Positions 27,490-35,944 of a DNA stretch of 64,000 nucleotides are shown here, piece after piece. Under the pieces are notes generated by a model. It was not told where the DNA came from. It was given only the letters and a program-made list of their open reading frames with translations, and did no database searches. Where the stretch lies: positions 416,001-480,000 of the forward strand of contig JBGPIA010000001.1 of NCBI GenBank assembly GCA_041484665.1, in the 5' to 3' direction. A program made the position numbers and the translations under genes. This stretch comes from Candidatus Krumholzibacteriia bacterium. Its GTDB lineage: Bacteria > Krumholzibacteriota > Krumholzibacteriia > JAJRXK01. Numbering within the stretch: the first letter of the stretch is position 1; every line of letters begins with the position of its first letter.

Positions 27490-30400
27490 GGACCACCTCG
27501 GCGCCGCAATCGAGCTCGATGCCGCGCGCCCGCACCAGGCGCGCGTAGTGCGCCTCGCCGCAGCCGATGGCTGCGGGCAGGCCCAGCTCCGCGCAACGCA
27601 CGGTCATGTGGGAGTTGGCGCCGCCGTAGCACGTCACCAGTCCCGCGATGCCGCGACCGAAGATCCAGTCGTAGCCCGGGTCCGCGCCTTCGATCACTGC
27701 GATCTTGCCGCGCAAGTCTAGGCCCGGGTCACCACCATGGGGATCGAGCGCGACGGCCGCGGCCTGCACGCGCTCCCCGGTGACGAAGTTGGGCCGGCCC
27801 GCGGGCAGCACAACGACCTCCAGGTCGTCCTCGCCTGTGATCAGCGGCGGCAGCAGGACACGCGAGGTCACCGCACGGTGCAGCCGCGCGTCCGCGATAC
27901 GCCGGGCAAGGTGGTCGGCGCCGTGCGCCGGCGCAGAGCGCTGCGCCACAGCGAGAATGTCGTCCACCTCCAGCAGTGCGACGTCCTCGCGCGAGAAGCC
28001 CAGCCGCTCGCCCCATTGGGCGATCAGCTCCAGCGCCCAGCTCAGGTTGCGCGTGAACGCGAACTTGGCGTGCTCGCGCGCACCGAGACTCGCCCGCGCG
28101 AAGTCCAGGAGCTCTGTGGCGGGTACGTCCAGCTCCAGCTCGGCGAGCACGCGGTCGATCTCCGCCAGCGTGCGCGCGGGCAGGGCCAGCGCGTCTTGGC
28201 CCAAGCGCGCGGCCGAGCTCGCCCGCCCGTCGGCGGCGCCGCCCGCGTGGGCGGTCGGCGCATCGCCGGGTGATGCGGAGGCGGGCGACCCATCACCCTG
28301 CGACGGCACCTCCAGCCCCGGAAAGTAGGTGTCGAACGCCTGGTCGTAACGCGGCGATAGGATGTCATAGGAGCCCGGACGCAGGTGGCCGTAGCGCGCC
28401 AGGAACGCCCCCCGCTCGACCCGGCCCGCGCGCAGCGCGTCCAGATCGTCCAGCAATTGCGCGCTTACCGTGTGGATACCCCCCAGATACAGGTCGAGCT
28501 GCTGCGCTGGGAGCGCCCCGCGGTCGCGCAGCGAGCGCAGCAGCGCCGTGGCGATGAACGCGTAGCGGGCGAGCGCCGCGAACGGGATCGTCCCGTCGCG
28601 CACGGTGGATTCCAGCAGCGTGGCCAGCGCCATGGGGTGATCCAGCGGGTCGCGGGCGTGTCGCAGCAGATCGTCGCAGCGGGGGGCGAGTCGCTCGACG
28701 GCCGCCAGCAGCGCGGCCACGCGCTCGCGCCACGAGTGCAGGAGATCCGCGGTGAGCGTACGCAGCGCCGCGCGCAGCGGCGCTACGTCGGACTCGAGCA
28801 GGCCGTGCTCCCGCAACCGGACCGCCGACGCCCCGTAGCCCGCGTCCAGGCAGGTCGGGAACACCTCGAACTCGATCTTGTCGTGCAACTGCGGGCGAGC
28901 GCGCAGCAGCGCGAGTCCCGCGTCGATCACCCGCGTGCCGCACGCGGGGTCGAGGCCGGCCGGCAGCAGCGTGTTCGCGCTGCAGCGCACGTCGACGTAC
29001 GGGCGATCGGCCAGTGTGACCATCAGGCGGTGCCCGACGGCGTCGCGGTAGCCCAGCGCCGTGCGCGCGACGCGCCACGCCCGGTCGGTGATGAGCGCCT
29101 CGTAGAGCGACCGGGCCAGGGGCGCGGGGAACGCCCCGATCACCTCGGCCGGGTTCCAGTCGGGCATCTGTCCGAACACCGTGCTGCCGCCCAGCAGGCC
29201 CGGCCTCGGCCGCATGCGGCGACGCACCAGATCGCGCACGGCCGCGAGCTCGGCGCCGTGCGCCTGGCGGTCCACGGGCGCCCAGCGGGCGCTGGCAGCG
29301 ATGGGACGTACCTGCAGCACGTGCAGCGTGCCGTCGGCGGTGAAGGCGAATTCCACGTCCAGGGCGTCGGAGCCGGTGATCGACTCCAGCTCGCCCGCCG
29401 CGCGCAGCAGACAACCCACGCGCGCGTCTACGCGGGGGCGCACTGCGCCACGGTAGACGAGCACGGTGCGCGTCACGGCCGCTACGCCGGAAGTAACGGC
29501 GTCGGTGCGACCGCTGCCCTCGTCGTAGTGCACAACCGTGTAGTCGGCGCCGGTGTCCAGGTCGCGCGTCATCATGACGCCGCCCATCACGACATCCTGC
29601 AGGCATGGTTGCACGAGGATCTGGTCGGCTTCGCCGCCACCGTCGCGATCCAAGCTGGCCACCACCGTCTCCACCGCGTCGCGGATCGCGTCCGCATCGT
29701 CGGCCGCCACACCCAGGACGGTGCGATAGTGACCGGCGTGGCTGGCCTGGGCAGCGTCCTCGCGCAGCGCGCTGCTGCGTACGGCCAGTGCCCCCTCGCC
29801 GAAGCGCTCCGTCAGCGCGCGGGTGACTCCCGCCGGATCCGCCTGCCATTGGCCGACGCGCACGACCATCCCATCGCCGACGCGCGCCTCCTGCAGCAGC
29901 GGGCGCAGCCGTTGCAACGTCTCGCCCTTGGTGCCGAACACGAAGCGCGCCAGGTCGCCCGGCGCGTCCACCTCGGCCCAGTCCCCACCGATCTCCACCA
30001 GGTCGATGCGGCTGCCCTGCTCGATCAGCTCCTGCAGCAGGTCGCTGAGGCAGGCGTTGTCGAGATTGCTGGCTTTGCGGTAGGGCCGGTCGCGGTACAC
30101 CGAGCGCAACGCGTCATAGGCGCTGCGCACCGCCGCCGCCCCGTCGGCGCTCAAGCGCGCCAGCCCGATGAACTCGCCGGTGATCTCGCCGTCGACGGGG
30201 AGGTCCTTGCCGATGCGCGCCACGCGCCCGCCGCGCACGAGCACCTTCTCCGCATTGCGCAGGCGGTCTTGCCCGCGGCGCTCATTGCGGCGGCGCCAGG
30301 TGGTGTCCACGGCCAGCACGATATCGCCCGCAGCCGCCCGCAGCGCGGCGGCGACCGCCGGCCGGTAGACGATGTCGCCGTAGGACAGGATCAAAGGCCC

Positions 30401-30679
30401 GTCGAGCTCCTGCTTTGCGCAGAAGAGCGAGCCGAGCACGTGCTGCTGCGCCCAGCGCGGATTCTCGACGATGCGCAGCGTTGGGTAGGCCTGGCGGATG
30501 CGCTCGATGGCGTCGCCGCCGACCAGCACGAAGTCGGTCACGCCCGCGCCCTCGCGCAGCGCGTTGAGCACCCAATCCAGAGCGCGCCAGCCGGCCAGCC
30601 CCTCGAGCAGGCACTTCGGAGTGGCCCCACCCGGTTCCAGGTCTACGCCGCGGCCCGCGCCCAGCACGATCGCTTTCAA
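27479..30679 (-). CDS. Fusion of a LicC-type cytidylyltransferase and a PEP-utilizer-family L-glutamine kinase (Cj1416-like + Cj1418-like)
   Basis: N-terminal AIVLGAGRG..PKCL..SYGDIV..WAEVDAPGDL. Then GTKGETL, ATP-grasp AVRSSALRED...AGHY, QP, TSG, LDVEFA, LQVRPI, central MPDWNPAEVIG and YGHLRPGSYDI, and phospho-His domain ADPGYDWIF..GGANSHMTVRCAELGLPAAIGCGE. Start is TTG 30679 (TTGA overlap) or ATG 30697. Confidence 0.88.
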   Translation of the reverse strand: MKAIVLGAGRGVDLEPGGATPKCLLEGLAGWRALDWVLNALREGAGVTDFVLVGGDAIERIRQAYPTLRIVENPRWAQQHVLGSLFCAKQELDGPLILSYGDIVYRPAVAAALRAAAGDIVLAVDTTWRRRNERRGQDRLRNAEKVLVRGGRVARIGKDLPVDGEITGEFIGLARLSADGAAAVRSAYDALRSVYRDRPYRKASNLDNACLSDLLQELIEQGSRIDLVEIGGDWAEVDAPGDLARFVFGTKGETLQRLRPLLQEARVGDGMVVRVGQWQADPAGVTRALTERFGEGALAVRSSALREDAAQASHAGHYRTVLGVAADDADAIRDAVETVVASLDRDGGGEADQILVQPCLQDVVMGGVMMTRDLDTGADYTVVHYDEGSGRTDAVTSGVAAVTRTVLVYRGAVRPRVDARVGCLLRAAGELESITGSDALDVEFAFTADGTLHVLQVRPIAASARWAPVDRQAHGAELAAVRDLVRRRMRPRPGLLGGSTVFGQMPDWNPAEVIGAFPAPLARSLYEALITDRAWRVARTALGYRDAVGHRLMVTLADRPYVDVRCSANTLLPAGLDPACGTRVIDAGLALLRARPQLHDKIEFEVFPTCLDAGYGASAVRLREHGLLESDVAPLRAALRTLTADLLHSWRERVAALLAAVERLAPRCDDLLRHARDPLDHPMALATLLESTVRDGTIPFAALARYAFIATALLRSLRDRGALPAQQLDLYLGGIHTVSAQLLDDLDALRAGRVERGAFLARYGHLRPGSYDILSPRYDQAFDTYFPGLEVPSQGDGSPASASPGDAPTAHAGGAADGRASSAARLGQDALALPARTLAEIDRVLAELELDVPATELLDFARASLGAREHAKFAFTRNLSWALELIAQWGERLGFSREDVALLEVDDILAVAQRSAPAHGADHLARRIADARLHRAVTSRVLLPPLITGEDDLEVVVLPAGRPNFVTGERVQAAAVALDPHGGDPGLDLRGKIAVIEGADPGYDWIFGRGIAGLVTCYGGANSHMTVRCAELGLPAAIGCGEAHYARLVRARGIELDCGAEVVRAL

Positions 30680-31578
30680 CGCGGTACCCCGCCGCATCCG
30701 CGACCGTGGGCCGACCTCGTGGGAGGAGTCGCCCCAGGCCCCGTATCAGGGACCGTGCCCGGCGCCAAGGCGGACGTCGGGACCGGCCAGCCCCGCCCAC
30801 CAACCAGACCCTCGGCCACCAGCGCCTCGGCAACCTGCAGGTCGGCGCGGGTGTCGATCTCGGTGCAGCCACCGTCAATGGGAATCGACTGCACGCACTC
30901 GCCGCGTCGGATCAGGCCCATGAGTAGGTCGGTGATGTGCGCCGCCGCGAGGGGGCGTTCACTGCCGAAGGCACGCGGAGCCGGATGGGTGCCGAGCGCG
31001 GCCGCGGCGGCCTCCAGCAGCGCCCGGCGCACGATCTCGCTGCCGGAGCCCGACAGCCGCACCATCCCGACATACTGGCCTTGGATCTCCGCGAGCGAGC
31101 GCGGGCGCCCGCCGATCTCCACGATCCGCCCGCCCTCCCCCAGCCGCAGCGTCTCGGCGTCGGCCAGCGGGTCCGCCATGCGCCGCTGCCACAGCGCGCG
31201 CCACTGCCGGTCGATCACCACGCCAATCTCCGCGCGCGAGGTCAGCGCCTCGTGCACGACCGCGGGCCCGAAGAGCAGATCGGTGTAGGTGATGAGGACA
31301 TCGCCGCGCAGCTCGCTCTGCGCGCAGAGCAGGCTGGCGACCATGCTCGTAGAGGACCAGCGCGGATTGTCGAGAGTCCGGACGTGGGGATCCTGCAACA
31401 GCGCGCGCTTGTAGCCGCGCACCATGACGATGTCGCCAACGCCGCACGCACGCAGCGCGTCGAGCTGCCACGACAACAGCGGCTGCCCGGCGACCTCCAC
31501 CAGGCACTTGGGCCGATCGGCGGTGAGCGGCATGAGCCGCGCGCCGCGCCCGGCCGCCAGCAAGATGGCTCGCACCAC
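30676..31578 (-). CDS. Phosphocholine cytidylyltransferase (LicC/Cj1416) family NTP transferase
   Basis: Motifs AILLAAGRGARL..PKCL, SMVASL, YTDL, GQYVGM and EIDTRADL. Confidence 0.9.
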   Translation of the reverse strand: MVRAILLAAGRGARLMPLTADRPKCLVEVAGQPLLSWQLDALRACGVGDIVMVRGYKRALLQDPHVRTLDNPRWSSTSMVASLLCAQSELRGDVLITYTDLLFGPAVVHEALTSRAEIGVVIDRQWRALWQRRMADPLADAETLRLGEGGRIVEIGGRPRSLAEIQGQYVGMVRLSGSGSEIVRRALLEAAAAALGTHPAPRAFGSERPLAAAHITDLLMGLIRRGECVQSIPIDGGCTEIDTRADLQVAEALVAEGLVGGRGWPVPTSALAPGTVPDTGPGATPPTRSAHGRGCGGVPR

Positions 31579-31655
31579 GACCGCAACCTTCCGCCAGGAC
31601 GGCGCCCACCCGAACCGGCGGTTGCCGGCACGGGCCCTCGCATCGGAAGGGTCGG

Positions 31656-31671
31656 GGCAAGGGGGGTGCCA
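31656..31671 (-). promoter_or_regulatory. Sigma54 (-24/-12) promoter upstream of the phosphoramidate operon
   Basis: TGGCACCCCCCTTGCC, i.e. TGGCAC-N5-TTGC with exact spacing, about 80 nt upstream of the first start codon. Confidence 0.65.
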
Positions 31672-31938
31672 CGCCTTGGACGCTGCAACTGTTTCGCGGC
31701 AGTCAGGTTGCGCGCGCGCAGCTCGGGCGGTCGCGGCTGCCTGGCAGGCTTGTCCGGGCCACAGCGGAAGGAGTTGCCGCGTGCACCGCCCCCTGCGCGC
31801 GGCCGGCGCCGTGCGCCCGCGGCGATCGGGTCTTGGACAGGCTCAGCACGAGCCCGGGTGGCACCTGCGGGGTACGCGGCGCCCCGCCGGGCGCCTGCCG
31901 GATTGACCGCACCAGCCGCGGCGCGTCAGGATCGCGGC

Positions 31939-32982
31939 GTGAGCCTTCCCACCATCGTCGTCCGCGTGCGCGCCGGCGTACTGCTGCTGTGGGCCGCCTC
32001 GGCTTGCACCGGTTGCACCGCGCTACCGGCCGGGCCCGCGCCACCGTCGCGCGCGCCGCTGCGGGGCGTGACGCTGGTCGACTGGACCGCGGAGGGCTAT
32101 GCGAGCCCGGACGCGGCGGCTTCGATCGATGCGCTGGCCGCCACGGGCGCCAGTACGATGGTGCTCGTGGTCACTGCCTACCAGGCATCCGCAGCCAGCG
32201 CCACAGTCCGCGCCGATGACCCGCGCACCCCATCCTCCGCCGCGGTCGCGACGGCGCTGGCCCGCGCGCGGGGGCTGGGCCTGTCGATCATGCTCAAAGT
32301 CCACGTCGACCTCGACGACGGGAGCTGGCGCGGCACGATCACGCCCAGCGATGCCGCAGCTTGGTTCGCCTCGTACCGCGCGTTCCTGAGTCCGTGGGCG
32401 CAGCTCGCCGCCCAGCAGGGAGTGGCATGGCTGGTGGTCGGCACCGAGCTCGCCGGTACGCTTGCGCATGCCGCGCAGTGGCGTCAGACCATTGTCGCCG
32501 CGCGTGCGGCGTTCCCGGGCGCGCTCACCTACGCAGCCTCGTGGGACGAGGCCGCGCTCGTGCCATTCTGGAGGGACCTCGACGCCGTGGGCGTCGACGC
32601 CTACTTTCCGCTCGCCGCGCGCGGTGCTCCGTCGCGGCTGGAGATCCTGGGCAACTGGCAGCCCTGGCTCGCTCGACTGCTGCTGCTGTACCGCCAGACC
32701 GGGCGCCCGGTCCTGCTGACGGAGATCGGGTATCGCAGCGTCGACGGGGCCGCCCAGGCGCCATTCGCCACCGCCGGCAACGCTCCCGCCGACCTTCAGG
32801 AGCAGGCCGACCTGTACTGGGCGGCGCTGGCCGCCACCTCCGATCTCGACGGGCTGGAGGGCCTCTGTTGGTGGGACTGGCCGGCGCGCGCGGACCCCGC
32901 GGCGTCGGCCCGGGACTACACGCCGCGCGGCAAGCCCGCCGAGAACGAGCTGCGCGCCGCGTGGAGACCGGTTACGCCGTGA
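31939..32982 (+). CDS. Glycoside hydrolase, GH113-like TIM barrel, probable lipoprotein
   Basis: Motifs MLKVHV, WRG, VGTEL, TYAASWDE, GVDAYFPL, LLTEIGY and YTPRGKPAE. Hydrophobic N-terminus with Cys. Confidence 0.82.
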   Translation: MSLPTIVVRVRAGVLLLWAASACTGCTALPAGPAPPSRAPLRGVTLVDWTAEGYASPDAAASIDALAATGASTMVLVVTAYQASAASATVRADDPRTPSSAAVATALARARGLGLSIMLKVHVDLDDGSWRGTITPSDAAAWFASYRAFLSPWAQLAAQQGVAWLVVGTELAGTLAHAAQWRQTIVAARAAFPGALTYAASWDEAALVPFWRDLDAVGVDAYFPLAARGAPSRLEILGNWQPWLARLLLLYRQTGRPVLLTEIGYRSVDGAAQAPFATAGNAPADLQEQADLYWAALAATSDLDGLEGLCWWDWPARADPAASARDYTPRGKPAENELRAAWRPVTP

Positions 32983-33632
32983 GCGTCGCCCCGCGGCAAG
33001 GGCAGAGGCTTCGCCTGCGCGCTGCGGCGTGCGCGGTGGGCGTGCTGCTGCATGCTGGGCCCCTTCCCGGCGTCGCGGCGGCAGCGGTCGGCGCCCCCAC
33101 GGCGGCGCGCGCGCCCGGTCTCGCCGCGTCGGCGCCCGCAGGCGCGCGGCGGGTCTTAAGCAGCAGCGCCGTCCCGGTCCTGTTGCGCCCGGGCGCCATC
33201 GAGCTGGGGCTGGCCGGCGCGGTCACTTCTGCCGCGGGGATCACCCGCACGCGGACCGCGCTGGGGGTGGGGACGTTCCGCGCAGCCGGTGCCGGCCTGG
33301 CCAGTGCGGAGCTGGAGCTGGGGTACGCGCACCTGCTCGCGCAGGACGTGTTCGACGCCGGCGCGTCGATCGCCTGGACGTGGCCCATCGGCAACCCGCC
33401 TCTCTATCCGTACGTCGCCGCGGGCGGCGGACTGCGCCAGGAGTGGCTGGGCAGCTTCAGCGCGGCGCGCTATCCGGTGGGCGCGGCGATGGGCTTGCGC
33501 GTCCTGGCCGGCCCGCGCGCCGACGTGCGCGTGGAGTATCGCTATCGCCGCGTACTGCACGATCCGGCCGCGGACTACGACGAGCACGAGCTGTGGTTCG
33601 GGATCGGGCTCCTTCTGCACAACGCTCGCTGA
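32979..33632 (+). CDS. Small outer-membrane beta-barrel protein
   Basis: Signal peptide and amphipathic strands (LYPYVAAGGG, VRVEYRY, LWFGIGLLL). GTGA coupling to the hydrolase gene. Confidence 0.7.
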   Translation: MSVAPRQGQRLRLRAAACAVGVLLHAGPLPGVAAAAVGAPTAARAPGLAASAPAGARRVLSSSAVPVLLRPGAIELGLAGAVTSAAGITRTRTALGVGTFRAAGAGLASAELELGYAHLLAQDVFDAGASIAWTWPIGNPPLYPYVAAGGGLRQEWLGSFSAARYPVGAAMGLRVLAGPRADVRVEYRYRRVLHDPAADYDEHELWFGIGLLLHNAR

Positions 33633-33654
33633 GCGGGGCAGCGCGCTTGCGCGC

Positions 33655-34770
33655 TCAGACGCCGGACCGCGCCGCCAGCACCTGCGCGTAGACCGCCGCG
33701 GTGGCCGCAGCCATGCGCTCGGAGCGGTACACCTGCGCGCGCGCCACGCGCTGCAGGGCGCTGGCGCGGGCAGCGGGCAGCGCCTGCAGCAGGGTCGCGA
33801 TGCGCTGCGCCCACGCCGGCGCGTCGCCGGCCGGCGCCAGGCAGTCCGGGAGCAGCCCCAGCTCTCGGCAGGCCGGCAGATCGCTGCACAGGAGAGGAAC
33901 CCCCAGCAGCATGGCTTCCTTGGGCACGGCGGGGGATCCTTCGCCGCTGATGGATGGGAACAGCAGCAGATCGATCGCGCCCAGTAGATCCGGGACGTCC
34001 TCGCGCGGCCCCAGCCAGCGGATCTGCTCTGCGATGCCCTCGCGCCGCGCCAGCGAGTCCAGGGCCGCGCGCAGTGGCCCTTCTCCCGCGATCAGCCACG
34101 AGGGGCGGGCCCCCTCGCGGCGCAGCGCGCCGAGCGCGCGCACCAAGACCGCGTGCCCCTTGTGCGCCACGAGCTGCCCGACGCTCAGCAGCACCGCTTC
34201 GTCGTCGCGCAGCCCCAACGCGGCGCGGACCTCCCCCCGCGGGCGCGACGCGGCGGCGCGCGCGGCGTCGATGGCGCTGGGCACCACGAAGATGCGCCAC
34301 GGAGCGATTCCGTCCCGCACGAGCTGCTCGCGCACGCTGTGCGCCACGGCAATCCAGGCGTCCGGCCAGCGCCGCTTGCGCCGTGCCAGCAGGTTGCGCG
34401 CGAGCGGGAAGTCCACGCGGCGGTGTGCCAAGAGCGGCGGGCGCTGCCCACGCCCTGCGCGCGGCGCCAACAGCCGCGCCAGGTGCCCGAGCGTGACCGC
34501 ATGGGCGGTGTGGGCGTGGACGAGGGCGATGTCGCTGCCGCGCAGCAGCCGCGCGAGCGCCGGCAGCGCGGCCGGTGAGATCTCGCCCTGCAACGGCAGC
34601 TCCACGACCGACACGCCCGCGACGCCGCGCAGCCGTGCGGCGAGCGGTGCGCCGCACGGCACGGCCACCGTGGCGGGATGCCCCGCGCGCGCAAGGTCGC
34701 GCGTCAGCAGCGCGACCTGCCGCTGCCCGCCGCGATCCTCTCGTCCGGTGTCCAAGTGCAGCACGTGCAT
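33655..34770 (-). CDS. Glycosyltransferase family 4 (GT-B)
   Basis: Motifs RGGQRQ, VHAHTAHA, HRRVDF, HKGH, AGEGPLR and EGSPAVPKEAM. Confidence 0.9.
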   Translation of the reverse strand: MHVLHLDTGREDRGGQRQVALLTRDLARAGHPATVAVPCGAPLAARLRGVAGVSVVELPLQGEISPAALPALARLLRGSDIALVHAHTAHAVTLGHLARLLAPRAGRGQRPPLLAHRRVDFPLARNLLARRKRRWPDAWIAVAHSVREQLVRDGIAPWRIFVVPSAIDAARAAASRPRGEVRAALGLRDDEAVLLSVGQLVAHKGHAVLVRALGALRREGARPSWLIAGEGPLRAALDSLARREGIAEQIRWLGPREDVPDLLGAIDLLLFPSISGEGSPAVPKEAMLLGVPLLCSDLPACRELGLLPDCLAPAGDAPAWAQRIATLLQALPAARASALQRVARAQVYRSERMAAATAAVYAQVLAARSGV

Positions 34771-34830
34771 CGAGCCGCCCACGATACACGCGAGGGCGAC
34801 GCGAGGGCCATCTCGCGCTATGCTGCGGCC

Positions 34831-35937
34831 ATGCGCACGCGCGCCATCTTGATCGAGCGCCTCGGTCCGCCCGGTGTGCTGGCCGAGCGCGAGGTGCCGC
34901 TGCCCGACCCCGGTCCGGGTCAAGTCCACGTGACCGTGGAGGCCGCGGGCGTCAACTTCGCCGACCTCATGATGCGTGAGGGGCTCTACTCCACGGTCCC
35001 GCCCCGGCCCTTCAGCCCAGGCTTCGAGATCGCCGGGCGCGTGGCGCGCGTCGGCCCCCCGGCGTGCGATGCGGCAGGACCCGGCCCAGCGCCGGGGACT
35101 CCGTTCAGCCAGCCGGAGGTATTCAAGGAAGGCGACCGCGTCGTGGCGCTCCTGCGCTACGGCGGCTATGCCCACGACGTGATCGTCCCCGCGGACCATT
35201 TGTTTCCGTGCCCCGACGCCTTCTCCGCCATCGAGGCCGCCGCCGTCCCCGTGGTGTTCCTGACGGCATGGGTGTGCCTGTTCGAGGCCGCCCGCGTCCG
35301 TCCGCAGGAGACCGTGCTCGTGCTGGGAGCCGGGGGCGGAGTGGGGACCGCAGCCGTCCAGCTCGCGGCACAGCACGGCCTGCGCGTCGTGGCCACTGCC
35401 GGCGATCCGCGCAAGCGCGAGTTCGTCTGCAAGGAGCTGGGCGCGGCCGCCTGTTTCGACTCGCGCGGGGACTGGGAGCAAGACGTACGCGCGCTGCTGG
35501 GCGAGCGAGGCCTCGATGTAGCGCTGGACCCCGTCGGCGGCCGGGCGACGGCTGCCTGCCGCCGGCTGCTGGGCCCGTTGGGCCGGCTGGTGTTCTACGG
35601 CCTCAGTGCGGCGGCGCCCGGCCAGCGCCGCAACTGGGCGCGCGTTGCGTGGACGCTGCTGCACACGCCCTGGTTCCATCCCCTGGGGCTCATCGAGCCC
35701 AACCTCGGCATCCTCGGCGTGCACCTGCTGCACCTGGGCCGCCGCGAGCCGCTGCTCCGCGAGGCCTTCGCGCAGCTGGCGCCCCGCCTGGTCGCGCGCC
35801 GGCTGCGGCCGGTGATCGACAGCGTGTTCCCCCTGACGCGCGCGGGCGCGGTCCAGGCTCACGCACATCTGCACGCGCGCCGCAACCTGGGCAAGGTGGT
35901 GCTCGCGGTGGACGCACCGGCCGCGGGTACGCGGTGA
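34831..35937 (+). CDS. Zn-independent MDR oxidoreductase (VAT-1/quinone oxidoreductase-like)
   Basis: Motifs AGVNFADL, PGFEIAG, GGYA, AGGGVG and NLGKVVL. Confidence 0.9.
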   Translation: MRTRAILIERLGPPGVLAEREVPLPDPGPGQVHVTVEAAGVNFADLMMREGLYSTVPPRPFSPGFEIAGRVARVGPPACDAAGPGPAPGTPFSQPEVFKEGDRVVALLRYGGYAHDVIVPADHLFPCPDAFSAIEAAAVPVVFLTAWVCLFEAARVRPQETVLVLGAGGGVGTAAVQLAAQHGLRVVATAGDPRKREFVCKELGAAACFDSRGDWEQDVRALLGERGLDVALDPVGGRATAACRRLLGPLGRLVFYGLSAAAPGQRRNWARVAWTLLHTPWFHPLGLIEPNLGILGVHLLHLGRREPLLREAFAQLAPRLVARRLRPVIDSVFPLTRAGAVQAHAHLHARRNLGKVVLAVDAPAAGTR

Positions 35938-35944
35938 TCCGACT

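Noticed and set aside
27479..29960. Calling the PEP-utilizer domain a PEP synthase, PPDK or phosphonate-pathway enzyme
   Set aside because: It lacks the C-terminal pyruvate-binding barrel, its His domain is terminal, it has the PDWNPAE motif, and no PEP mutase gene is in the window.
28385..31288. 967-aa plus-strand ORF
   Set aside because: It is the antisense shadow of the kinase/cytidylyltransferase genes. It has no motifs, and long shadow ORFs are expected at this GC content.
30937..31938. N-terminal extension of the GH113-like ORF
   Set aside because: It overlaps the cytidylyltransferase gene and the promoter region; the signal-like segment begins near 31939.
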